This document shows, piece by piece, positions 1 to 9,530 of a DNA stretch of 63,411 nt (the stretch's first letter is position 1; each line of letters starts with the position of its first letter). This stretch comes from Candidatus Omnitrophota bacterium. GTDB taxonomy: Bacteria > Omnitrophota > Omnitrophia > Omnitrophales > Aquincolibacteriaceae. The position numbers and the translations under genes are program-made. Location of the stretch: NCBI GenBank assembly GCA_022709525.1, contig JAKLIQ010000012.1, positions 1-63,411 on the forward strand, in the 5' to 3' direction. Under the pieces are notes generated by a model, which was not told the DNA's origin, searched no databases, and saw only the letters and a program-made list of their open reading frames with translations.

Positions 1-21
1 CGATCGGGCCTTTGGTTTTTC

Positions 22-222
22 CTATCTGACCCATTTCTTTGAGATGCAGTCAGCGGGCTTGTGTCGTTCGATCGCTTCATCAACGCGGTCGAGGAGTTTA
101 TGGAGTTCTTTACTTGCCTGCGGGTTTCGTTTCCGGCGCTCACGCTTGCGTTGCTGAAGCCGCTGCCGTTTTAGCTCTTCTTTATTGAACAGCTCGATCA
201 ATTCATCATTCCGTTCTAACAT
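22..222 (-). CDS. hypothetical small highly charged protein (66 aa) just downstream of the doc remnant
   Basis: ORF only; K/R/E-rich, no family recognised; same strand as doc, 16 nt after its stop. Confidence 0.25.
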   Translation of the reverse strand: MLERNDELIELFNKEELKRQRLQQRKRERRKRNPQASKELHKLLDRVDEAIERHKPADCISKKWVR

Positions 223-238
223 TACCGCCCTTTCGAAC

Positions 239-523
239 TCAGACCAGAAGGTTGAGGATCACTTTGATCATGGCGTCTTTTTCAGAAGGACGGCTTGCCG
301 CGATCATCAAGGTTAGTGCCACAAGCGCGGTCTCATCAATGTACTTAGTGCCGTCTTTACGGGTCAAGAGGCCGTTCTCTTCGAGGAAGCAAATGAAGAC
401 CGCCGCAGCGATGCGTTTATTACCATCCACAAAACTGTGGTTCTTAGTAACAAAATAAAGCAGGTGCGCCGCTTTTTCCTGGACGGTTGGATAGAGTTCT
501 TTTTTGCCGAAAGTTTGGTAGGG
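239..523 (-). pseudogene. doc: Fic/Doc-family toxin, 5'-truncated (about 40 N-terminal codons missing) at the IS30 boundary
   Basis: Frame stays open upstream of the listed 63-aa ORF and reads PYQTFGKKELYPTVQEKAAHLLYFVTKNHSFVDGNKRIAAAVF (Fic motif HxFxDGNKR); similarity ends where the IS inverted repeat starts (522). Confidence 0.7.
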
Positions 524-1609
524 TAGTTTCAGTTTTTTAACGCAACACCTACAAGATGTTCAAAAACTTCGTACGGCGTATGCCAGCTTAAAACCTTCCT
601 CGGTCTTCCGTTCAGCAAATGCTGGACTCGTTTTATTTCCCGAAGCGGCACTTTGTTGAAGTCCGTACCTTTCGGGAAAAAATCCCGGATCAACCCGTTC
701 GTGTTCTCGTTCGTTCCGCGCTCCCACGGGCTGGCCGGATGCGCAAAATAGACCTGCATTTGCGTTTCCTCTGTGAATAGCCGATGCTGAGCCATCTCAC
801 GCCCTTGGTCATAGGTCATGGACAACTTCATCTCAGCCGGTAATCTCTTGGCCTTGCGTGCGAATGCCCGCCGAACACTCAAAGCATCTCTTCTCTTGAG
901 TCGAACCAACAACGTGGCCCGCGTTGTCCGTTCGACAAGCGAACCAAGCGCTGACTGCCGATTCCGGCCAATCAAGAGATCGCCCTCCCAATGTCCCGGG
1001 ATCGTTCTCTTCTCAACCTCTTTGGGCCGTTCCTCGATACTGATCATACCTTCGATCTTCCGAGGGGAAGTCTCCTTCAAAAACGACCGCTTGTGCCGCC
1101 TTTTGTGGCGTCGCCTAAGACAGCTTAAAAGTTCCCGCTTCAACTCGCCTCGCGGTAATACATACAAATACGAATAAATCGCTTCTGTGGAAACGCGCAT
1201 GGCCTCTGCCCCCGGATAGTCTTGGCGAAGCCATTGTACTATCTGCTCCGGGGACTAATGCAATCTCAATTTTTCATGCACACGGTCTCGAAGCGCTTTA
1301 TGGACAAACAGCTTATGCTTCCTGAATCTTCGGCTTTTCGCATTTCGCCGAGCCCTGTCTTCAGCTCTTATCGCCCGATAAGTCCATCGGTTCATGCTCC
1401 CGCCCCGGATCTCCCGGCTAATCGTACTGGGCGCCCGCTTTAATTTTCGAGCAATCCAACGGACTTTCTTCTTTCTTGCCAACCACCGGCTGATTCTCTC
1501 ACGGTCACGAGCTGATAAACGACGATAACTTCTCTCTTCTCTCCTTTTCATAACGCCCCCTTGCGGCTATTATATCCCGCAAGTGTTGCGTTAAATTACC
1601 GGAGCTACC
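522..1609 (-). mobile_element. IS30-family insertion sequence, about 1.09 kb
   Basis: Terminal inverted repeats 522-548 (ggtagtttcagttttttaacgcaacac) and 1583-1609 (gtgttgcgttaaattaccggagctacc), 22/27 complementary; they enclose an IS30-type DDE transposase; no obvious target-site duplication. Confidence 0.8.
529..1551 (-). pseudogene. IS30-family transposase (340 codons) interrupted by one in-frame TAG at 1255-1257
   Basis: ORFs 1255..1551 (HTH part) and 529..1200 (DDE part, HWEGDLL, ...DQGREM, NENTNGLIR) are in the same frame; the junction reads KLRLH-TAG-SPEQIVQWL, where IS30 transposases carry WSPEQI, implying TGG to TAG. Confidence 0.8.
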
Positions 1610-1610
1610 T

Positions 1611-1820
1611 AACGAGAAAAGCCGGGTTTTTGATCTCGATGAGGTTCAGTATGCCACGGCAATAGAGAAGGCGGGTTGGAAAGTTCGTTTTCGCAAAGAA
1701 CAGATTAGCGGAAAAATCATGGCTGTTTTCATCGATATCTACGGTAATGAGGCGCGAATCCTAATTGATGCTTCTGAATTCAGGAAACGCACGGCAAAGA
1801 AAAGTAGGAGTAAGAAGTAA
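1611..1820 (+). pseudogene. mod: 3' remnant (69 codons) of a DNA methyltransferase, type III mod-like; 5' part lost at the IS boundary
   Basis: Open frame NEKSRVFDLDEVQYATAIEKAGWKVRFRKEQISGKIMAVFIDIYGNEARILIDASEF...KK-TAA runs out of the IS end. Its stop overlaps the res ATG (TAATG), the usual mod-res arrangement. The C-terminal ...IDIYGNE... tail resembles COG2189-type methylases from memory. Confidence 0.45.
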
Positions 1821-4372
1821 TGAGTGCAGATCGTCAGGTATTCAAGAATGAGGATCTCGTTTTAAAAGTCTCCCCCAATATCGATCCTTCTATTTGGGAT
1901 GAGACAAGATACGAACCTTTCATTGATGAGCTTTGCGAGAACCGTGAGTATCAGAAAGATGCTATTCGTACGGTCATGCGGTATCTGGCAGGTGGCAGGT
2001 ATAAGACCTTGCGTGAGTTGGCGAAAGAAAATTATGAAAAGAATTCCGAAATAGAGCGGCGGTACAGTTCGTGGCACGGGATGGCAAGCCATCTACAATT
2101 ACCTGACCAACTAGCCTGTTCAATTGATATGGCAACGGGCACAGGGAAAAGCTATGTGATCTATGGGATAGCAGCGATTCTGCTGGCTGAGGGCATGGTC
2201 GATCGTGTTCTTGTGCTGTGCCCTTCGAACACGATCGAAACAGGCTTATTAACGAAGTTTCGGGATTTGTCTGGCAATGCTGACCTACGCGATCTATTAC
2301 CTAAACTCTCAAAGGTGCGAGCTCCCAAGATCATTAATGCGTCGGAAAGTATTGTTAACGGTTCGATTTGCATCGAAAACTATCATGCTATTCTTCAGCA
2401 TGTGAAATCCTCAATCCGTGACAGCCTTATTGGACATGGAGCTCGTGTGGCAGTGTTTAATGACGAAGCACACCATGTTGCCAACGAATCTGGTGCTGCC
2501 GTTAAAAAATGGAAAGAGTTTCTTCTGAATCCAGAATATGGTTTTCGATACGTCGTTGGTGTTTCTGGTACGTGCTATGTTGATAACGAATATTTTGCAG
2601 ATGTTGTGAGCCGGTATTCGCTTCGACAAGCCATTGAAGAACGGTTTATCAAAAGAGTCGAATATGTGGCCGAAATGCCACAAACCGACAATCCAGAAGA
2701 AAAATGGCAATTGATCTATCACCGACATCAGGATTGGAAGAAAAAGCTTAAAAAACAAGGAATTCGCCCGCTCACTATTGTTGTAACGAAAGACATCAAT
2801 GCTTGCAGGAACGTTGCAGAAGAACTGCAGGCGTTTTTGAAGGACTGGGAAAAGATTTCGGCCGAGAATGCGGGGAATAAGGTTCTTCCGGTCAGCTCTG
2901 CTGCGGAGCACCAGGTAAACATTGCGAAACTGAAATCGGTCGATCGGACCAGCAGCAAAGTTGACTGGATAGTGTCCGTATCTATGCTTAGTGAAGGCTG
3001 GGACGTAAAGAACGTGTTCCAAATCGTTCCCCATGAGGAGCGAGCATTCAACAGCAAGCTATTGATTGCTCAGGTCCTAGGGCGCGGGCTGCGTCGTCCA
3101 GAGGGGTGGCGAGGTCAAGATCCGATAGTTACCGTTTTTAATCATGACGCGTGGGCAGGTCGAATCCGACATCTCGTCGATTAGATTCTCGAGATGGAGA
3201 ACCGCATCTCTTCTTCGGTGATCGAAGATTCGACTTTGCATTTCGACTTGCACAACCTTGATTACACTCGCGAAACTGACGTAAGTCACTTCTCAAAGAG
3301 CGGAGAATATCGATTGCTCGAGGAAGGATATGTGGATTTGCCGTCCCAGGTGGAAGAAAAGGCTGTGGATATCGAATTTGAACGGGCGGTTACAAGCGAG
3401 CATGTGAAATTTAAGACAAAAATTGCACACAAAACGCACTCTTTCGAAGATGTGGCGGAAGAAATGTACAGAAGGTTGCAAGCCATTGATGAGGAATCAA
3501 AGGAGTTATCTGACCCCAAAGATAGAACCCGGTATGCCAAGAATTTCAATTATGAAAAATGTCTCGAAATAGTCGCGGCTTCTGCCAAGCGTGCCAAGAT
3601 TAAATCGGGACGAATTACCGAGGAAAATCGACAAAAAATATTGCAGGCATTAGGGCCTCTTAGGCGTAAGACAGCGAAAAGAGTGGTGTATAAGCTAATG
3701 CCCAATGCGCTAAGAGTCTTTAGCACCAAGGAAAGACCCTCCTTTAGTGCGAGTGCCGCAGAAATTCGTCGTGGAGACAAAACTATTTATTATGGCGAAA
3801 ACAGCGAAAAAACCCTTTCTGATGAACAGCTCGTCTTCTTTAATGAGATAAAAGATCCTGATAGCGACTATCGGTCTGGACGCGAACAGATCCCTAACGC
3901 GTTTGACTTCAAAACGCCTTGCAATATAGCGATTGCAGATTCTATGCCGGAAAGGAAGTTTATTCGGGAACTTTGCAGACGTGAGAATGCGGAAGTAGTA
4001 GATGCTTGGCTTAAGAATGTTCCTCAGAAATTTTATACTATCGAATATGCATGGAAAAAAGGAGAGCATCCTAAACGTGGCGACTTTAGCCCTGATTTTT
4101 TTATTAAAAAAGGAAATGCTATTTATGTTGCAGAGGTGAAGGGCGACGAAGAGATTGATGACCCCTCTCCGGAGAATCAAAAGAAATATGAATATACCCT
4201 TGCTCATTTCGAGCGTTTGAACGAATGGTTAAAGAAGCAGAAGGTAAATGTCACCTACCAAATTAATTTCCTGACTCCAAAGTCCTTCAATCGGTTCTTC
4301 ATCCAATTGCGAAACGATAAAGCTGAGGGGTTTAGGTCAGAGCTGGATGTTGCTCTGGAGCAATCCAAATAG
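1820..4372 (+). pseudogene. res: type III restriction enzyme Res subunit (SF2 helicase plus PD-(D/E)xK nuclease) with one in-frame TAG at 3182-3184
   Basis: Walker A MATGTGKSYV, DEAH box FNDEAHHV, motif VI QVLGRGLRR, C-terminal nuclease SPDFF...VAEVKG. ORFs 1820..3184 and 3194..4372 share one frame (HLVD-TAG-ILEMENR). Confidence 0.75.
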
Positions 4373-4562
4373 AACGGTACCCCGCCAGGGACGGACCCCG
4401 TAGGACGGGGCGAGCAGGCAGGTACCCCGGGGACACGCGGCCTCGGTGCCCGGCACTATTGTATGGAACAAGGATCCGGAAAAACCTGAGCACAAGCTGA
4501 ATGCATAAACCGGACGCCGTCCCGATCAAGCGAAAGTTCGGCAAATTTTTATTTGAAAGGAG

Positions 4563-4784
4563 ATGGCTATGAATGCGGGAGATAGCGCAGTGCTGTTCGC
4601 TATTCTGATATGGCTCGGCATAGTCCTGATCATTTTTTTAATTTGCAGGGAAATTTTGTGTTGGTATTTTAAGACCAATAGAATCGAAAGCAAAATCGAT
4701 GAGATCGAAGGATTGCTAAGAGGGATCAAAAACTCATTGCGAAATAATCCGCCAAGCGAACCAAAAGCAGAAAATCAGAAGTAG
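4563..4784 (+). CDS. small single-pass membrane protein, hypothetical
   Basis: 73-aa ORF with one hydrophobic helix (VLFAILIWLGIVLIIFLI) then a charged tail; AGGAG 7 nt before the second ATG (4569). Confidence 0.35.
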   Translation: MAMNAGDSAVLFAILIWLGIVLIIFLICREILCWYFKTNRIESKIDEIEGLLRGIKNSLRNNPPSEPKAENQK

Positions 4785-4980
4785 AATAGCTAGAATGACC
4801 GGGTACGCCTAGCACAAACCCGACACCATCTACAAAAACAGGTTAGATTCAGATATCCGGAAAGATCTTTTTGAAGGGAAGATTTAGACCGTAACCCACC
4901 TTGAACCGTCTAGTTAAACCCAACCCTGTTTAGTTCATACCCTTCCCTCGCAGTAGTCGTCCTACGAGATTATCCATTTC

Positions 4981-5008
4981 TTGACATTTAATTATTATCA
5001 AATATTAT
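4981..5008 (+). promoter_or_regulatory. sigma70-like promoter candidate in an AT-rich spacer
   Basis: TTGACA (4981-4986), 16-nt spacer, TATTAT (5003-5008). Confidence 0.3.
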
Positions 5009-5069
5009 ATTCATAATATTAATAACTATGCGTGTAAACTATAGTTGACAGCGAGGTTCTTATGAGTTA

Positions 5070-5081
5070 CTGTCATGACAG
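5070..5081. promoter_or_regulatory. perfect 12-bp palindrome, candidate operator of the downstream TA operon
   Basis: ctgtcatgacag, 19 nt after a second TTGACA (5045-5050) and 33 nt before the toxin ATG. Confidence 0.35.
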
Positions 5082-5114
5082 AGAATATAAGGCGCCGGTC
5101 AAGAGGATCCGCCG

Positions 5115-5435
5115 ATGATCCGTGAGATTTTGCTTTATCAAACTCCGGACTACCGACGTCCTTTTGAGGAGTGGCTGGAAGGTTTGAGAGATCCCCAAAT
5201 CCGCAGGCGGATCAAGGCAAGGATAGATAGAGTTCTTGCCGGTAACTTCGGCGATACAAAACTTGTTGAAACGGGGGTCTGGGAGCTTCGGTTCCATTTT
5301 GGCCCAGGATATCGCGTTTATTTCGGATTGGATGGGAACGTACTCGTTCTGTTATTGTGCGGTGGGGACAAATCGACCCAGGACGTGGATATCAAGCGTG
5401 CCCGGGAATATTGGATGGATTATTTAAGGAGATGA
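5115..5435 (+). CDS. RelE/ParE-superfamily toxin (addiction module killer protein, HigB-like)
   Basis: 106 aa; ...RIDRVLAGNFGDTKLVETGVWELRFHFGPGYRVYF...LLLCGGDKSTQ typical of this family; followed 2 nt later by an HTH antitoxin. Confidence 0.8.
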   Translation: MIREILLYQTPDYRRPFEEWLEGLRDPQIRRRIKARIDRVLAGNFGDTKLVETGVWELRFHFGPGYRVYFGLDGNVLVLLLCGGDKSTQDVDIKRAREYWMDYLRR

Positions 5436-5437
5436 TT

Positions 5438-5752
5438 ATGAAAGTTCCGGCGGCGGTTAGCTATCATGATTATTTGATCAAATCTTTGAAAGATCCGGAA
5501 GAAGCGTCCGGATATCTGAACGCGGCTTTGGAGGCGGGCGACAAAAAAGCGTTTTTCATGGCGCTCCGGAATGTGATCGAGGCGCGTGGGGGAATGACCC
5601 GGTTCGCCAAGGCGAGCAAGATCAACCGGGTGAGTCTTTACAAAATGCTTTCCGGAAAGGGAAATCCCGGGTTCCTGAATATCCTGATATTACTTCAGCA
5701 TGTCGGGCTGCGCTTTCAAGCGTCTTCCGGGAAACGCCATCCGGGTAAATAA
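5438..5752 (+). CDS. HTH antitoxin (addiction module antidote protein, HigA-like)
   Basis: AAGGAG 6 nt upstream of ATG 5438; MKVPAAVSYHDYLIKSLKDPEEASGYLNAALE...RVSLYKMLSGKGNP; the upstream part of the listed ORF overlaps the toxin and is unlikely to be real. Confidence 0.75.
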   Translation: MKVPAAVSYHDYLIKSLKDPEEASGYLNAALEAGDKKAFFMALRNVIEARGGMTRFAKASKINRVSLYKMLSGKGNPGFLNILILLQHVGLRFQASSGKRHPGK

Positions 5753-5759
5753 CCTTTTT

Positions 5760-6644
5760 TCAGATAACCGGAAAGATCTTTTTGAAAGGGGCGGGGAGAG
5801 CGGTTTGGAAGGTCTTGAGTTCGCCGGTGACGGGGTGGGGGAAAGATAAAAAATAGGCGTGGAGCGCGAGACGGCGGAGGGGGTCGGACTTGGCGCCGTA
5901 TTTCTCGTCGCCCATGATGGGGCAGCCGAGGCCGGACAAGTGAACGCGGATCTGGTTCTTGCGGCCGGTCTCAAGCGTGATCTCAAGGAGTGCGTAGCCC
6001 CCGTTCTCACCGAGCACCCGGTAATGCGTGACGGCCCATTGGGCCTCCGGATGATCCTTTGAAACACTGTAAACCCGCTTGAAATTATCCTCCCTCAGGA
6101 AATTTTCGATCACACCCGATCTTTTCTCCGGCGTTCCCTCCGTGATCGCGTAATATTTCTTGGTCACGAGTTCCCAATTTCCCTACAGGGTGCGCTTCAC
6201 GACGTCAGTTTTCGCGAAAACGATCAGCCCCGAGGCATCCCGGTCGAGGCGATGCACGATAAAAACGCGCCCGCGCCCATCTTTTGATCTAGATCGCACA
6301 TATTCCGTGAGCATAAAATAAAGCGTCGCTTCTTTTTCTCGCTCGGTCCCCATGGTCAAAAGCCCCTCCGGTTTTTCTACCACGAGGAGGTCGCTATCCT
6401 CATAAATAATAGGGACACCAAGGCTTGTCTTGGAGCGCTCCGCGGCCGCGTGTTCCTTGCCCAGGATCTCGACCTTGTCGCCGGGTTTCAGGGGATGTTT
6501 ATACCAGGTGACCTCGCGGCCGTTCACGTGGACGGAGCCGAATTTGAGGATCTGTTTTATTTTTGTTTTTTTAGCGCCGGTAAGAGTTTTGAGAAGAAAA
6601 TCCTGAAGGAGCGTCTCTTCCGAGACAGAAAAGCTTCGCGTCAT
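5760..6644 (-). pseudogene. RluA/RluD-family pseudouridine synthase with S4 domain, interrupted by one in-frame TAG at 6183-6185
   Basis: N-terminal half has S4 and the catalytic HRLDRDASG; C-terminal half has KKYYAITEG...GRKNQIRVH. Both are in the same frame (KRTL-TAG-GNWELVTKKYY). The start ATG overlaps the nuoN stop (ATGA at 6641-6644). Confidence 0.7.
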
Positions 6645-8047
6645 CCCAAAATACGGGTGAGAAAGAAACCGGGGAAAATACCGAGCGCCAGGACGCCGGC
6701 GAACATGAGCCAAAGAGCGGCCGTGAGGGCTTTGGAGGGCGCAGTAAAGGCGGGGCCGGAGGCCGGCACAAGATACATGAGCCGGATGATCCTGAAATAA
6801 TAATAAGCCGCGACAATGCTATTGACCGCCGCCACGACCACAAGCGTAATGAAATTCACCTGAATGGCCGCCGCGAACACATAGTACTTTCCGATAAAGC
6901 CCGCAAGCGGCGGGATCCCCGCCAGCGACAGCAAAAAGACCGCAAGCATCGCGGCTGTCACGGGGGAGCGTTCCGAAAGGCCGGCGTAGGCGTCTAAGGA
7001 ATCGCTTTGGGTCGCTTCGCCCACGAGCGTGACGGCCGCGAACGCGCCGAGGTTCGTCAAAAGATAGACCAGTAAGTAGATCAGGACCGATTCATCTCCC
7101 AACTGCGAAAAAACAGCTAGCCCCATCAAGATATAGCCCGCCTGCGCGATGCTCGAGTAAGCAAGGAAGCGCTTGATATTTGTTTGCGAGACCGCCGTGA
7201 TATTGCCGACCGTCATCGTGAGGATCGAAAGGATCACAAGGATCGGGCTCCAGACCGGCGCGTAATTCCAGAAGGTCAATCCCAGGACGCGCATCAGGAC
7301 GGCGAAGCCGAGCGCTTTGGGCGCGACGGTCAGGAAGGCGGTCACCGGTGTCGGCGCGCCTTCGTAAACATCCGGCGCCCACATATGGAAAGGCGCCATC
7401 GAGATCTTAAAACCGAGCCCCGCGAAAAAGAAAAGCACGGCCGCGGCCGCGAGCGGTTTCATCGAGGGATGGAAAAGCACGTCGCCGATCGTCAAAAGAT
7501 CGATCGAGCCCGCCGCGCCGTAAAGAAGCGACATCCCGTAAAGCATGATCCCCGAACAGACAGTCCCGAAAAGAAGGTATTTAATGGCCGCTTCCTTGGA
7601 GCGTGGGTCGTCTTTGAGGAATCCCACGAGAAGATACGAGAGCAGGGAGACGAATTCGACGGCAAGGAAGATCATGAGGAGGTTATTGGCCGCCGCCACG
7701 AGGATCAGCGCGAACGCCATGAGCAGAAAGAGGCCGTAGAATTCGCCGGCGTAGCGCTTCTTAAGCGGGCCGTAACCGAGCGAGACGAGGAGCGTGACCG
7801 CCACGGCGCCCAGCGCGAGGTAACGGAAAAAATGCGCGAAGGGGTCCATATAGAACATCCCGGAAAAAAGCGGGAGCGGCTTGACCGGCGCCTCGACGAA
7901 GGATATCGCGAGCGCGATCACGAAGATGGCGAATTCGCCCACGATCTTTTTCTGTTTCAGAAAGAAATCGAGCGTGAACGCCGCGAACGCGCCGCCTAAC
8001 AGGATCAGCTCCGGAACGAAATATCTGAGACTTTCGATCGCGCCCAT
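6641..8047 (-). CDS. nuoN: NADH-quinone oxidoreductase subunit N
   Basis: 468-aa polytopic antiporter-like protein (ND2 family); last gene of the nuo cluster. Confidence 0.85.
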   Translation of the reverse strand: MGAIESLRYFVPELILLGGAFAAFTLDFFLKQKKIVGEFAIFVIALAISFVEAPVKPLPLFSGMFYMDPFAHFFRYLALGAVAVTLLVSLGYGPLKKRYAGEFYGLFLLMAFALILVAAANNLLMIFLAVEFVSLLSYLLVGFLKDDPRSKEAAIKYLLFGTVCSGIMLYGMSLLYGAAGSIDLLTIGDVLFHPSMKPLAAAAVLFFFAGLGFKISMAPFHMWAPDVYEGAPTPVTAFLTVAPKALGFAVLMRVLGLTFWNYAPVWSPILVILSILTMTVGNITAVSQTNIKRFLAYSSIAQAGYILMGLAVFSQLGDESVLIYLLVYLLTNLGAFAAVTLVGEATQSDSLDAYAGLSERSPVTAAMLAVFLLSLAGIPPLAGFIGKYYVFAAAIQVNFITLVVVAAVNSIVAAYYYFRIIRLMYLVPASGPAFTAPSKALTAALWLMFAGVLALGIFPGFFLTRILG

Positions 8048-8054
8048 ATTCGGA

Positions 8055-9530
8055 TCAGACCTTTATCATTTTAAGAAGCCCATCCAGCGTCGGGATCATG
8101 TAATCCAGGATGACGCGCGGATAAACGCCGATCGCGAGGATAAAGACCATGAGCGGCACAAGCGTGAGGACTTCGGGCGTCTTAATGTCCGGAAGCTCAG
8201 CCCATTTGGGGTTGAGTTTTCCGAGCAGGACGCGCTGGATCGCATAGAGGAGGTACGTTGCCGCGAGGATGATCCCCACGACCGAGAGACCCGTCACGAT
8301 CTTGGAATACTGGTAAGCGCCGAGGAGCGAAAGGAACTCGCTGACAAAACCCGAAAGCCCCGGAAGGCCGAGCGACGCCAACGCGAAAAAGGTCAGATAT
8401 CCCGCGTAACGCGGCATCTTGGCGCCGAGGCCGCCGAAATCGCTTAATTCGCGGGTATGAGCGCGGTCATAAAGCACGCCGACCAACAAGAAGAGCCCGC
8501 CGGTGATCGTGCCGTGGTTGAACATCTGAAGCATGGCGCCGCGGAAACCGTCCGCGTTCATGGCCGCAAGCCCCAGCAGGACAAACCCCATGTGGCTCAC
8601 GCTCGAGTAAGCGATCATTTTTTTGAAATCCGTCTGCGCGAGCGCCACAAACCCGCCGTAGATGATGCCGATGATGGCCAGGACCGCCATGGCCGGCTGG
8701 AACCAGCGCGCGGCTTCCGGGAACAGGGGATAGCTGAAGCGGAAGAATCCATACGTGCCCATTTTAAGGAGAACGCCCGCCAGGATCACACTGATGGGGG
8801 TCGGAGCTTCCACGTGCGCGTCCGGAAGCCAGGTATGGAACGGGAAGATCGGAACTTTAATCGCGAAGCCGAGGAAGAACGCCATAAAAACGATCTGTTG
8901 GAAAAGCAGCCCACGCGGCATGCCGACGAGCTGCGTCATGTCGAACGTGTGCGGTGCGGCGGCAAAATAAACCCCAAGGATCCCGAGCAACATGAAAAGG
9001 CTTCCCGCCAGCGTATACAGGAAGAACTTGATCGCGGCGTATTCGCGGCGCGGCCCGCCCCAGATCCCGATCAGAAAATACATCGGGACGAGCACGACTT
9101 CCCAGAACACATAGAAAAGAAAAAGGTCGAGCGCAAGGAACGTCCCCATCATGCCGGTCTCAAGGAGCAGGAACAGGAAGTAATATTCCTTTTCGCGGGC
9201 GTCTTTGACGCGGACATGGGGGAAAGAACTGTAACACGCCACAAGCGAAATGATCGCGGTCAGGAGCACCATCGGGAAGCTGATCCCGTCTGTTGCGAGG
9301 AGGTACTGGACGCCGAACTGGGGGATCCAGACGGCCCGTTCCATCAGCTGGAACCCCGCCTCCGAGGATTGGAAGAGTCCGAGCGCGTAGAAAGTAAGGG
9401 CGGTCACAATGGCGGTCGCCAGAAGGGCGACCCATTTGATCATGCGCGCCGAACTTTTCGGGATAAAAAGTATCGCGAACGCGCCGATCAGAGGCGTAAA
9501 AATGATCCAGGAAAGGATGTGGGATGTCAT
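8055..9530 (-). CDS. nuoM: NADH-quinone oxidoreductase subunit M
   Basis: 491 aa; HTWLPDAHVEAPTPISV motif; ND4 family. Confidence 0.9.
   Translation of the reverse strand: MTSHILSWIIFTPLIGAFAILFIPKSSARMIKWVALLATAIVTALTFYALGLFQSSEAGFQLMERAVWIPQFGVQYLLATDGISFPMVLLTAIISLVACYSSFPHVRVKDAREKEYYFLFLLLETGMMGTFLALDLFLFYVFWEVVLVPMYFLIGIWGGPRREYAAIKFFLYTLAGSLFMLLGILGVYFAAAPHTFDMTQLVGMPRGLLFQQIVFMAFFLGFAIKVPIFPFHTWLPDAHVEAPTPISVILAGVLLKMGTYGFFRFSYPLFPEAARWFQPAMAVLAIIGIIYGGFVALAQTDFKKMIAYSSVSHMGFVLLGLAAMNADGFRGAMLQMFNHGTITGGLFLLVGVLYDRAHTRELSDFGGLGAKMPRYAGYLTFFALASLGLPGLSGFVSEFLSLLGAYQYSKIVTGLSVVGIILAATYLLYAIQRVLLGKLNPKWAELPDIKTPEVLTLVPLMVFILAIGVYPRVILDYMIPTLDGLLKMIKV

Noticed and set aside
22-222. The small ORF as the Phd-type antitoxin of doc
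   Set aside because: Phd antitoxins are encoded upstream of doc. This ORF is downstream, and its sequence shows no recognisable antitoxin fold.
4373-4562. GC-rich block after res with a direct repeat ggtaccccg (4377 and 4421), a small hairpin ccccgt-agg-acgggg, and a 70-aa minus-strand ORF (4332..4544)
   Set aside because: I looked for the period-7 pattern and for a convincing terminator or ncRNA fold and found neither. The ORF has no start context or family resemblance. Noted only as compositionally odd.
1255-6185. Pyrrolysine or a wholesale TAG reassignment as the explanation for the in-frame TAGs
   Set aside because: Many neighbouring genes terminate cleanly at TAG with protein lengths typical of their families. 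No pyl genes or suppressor tRNA are visible in the window. This is kept only as a low-probability alternative in the finding.
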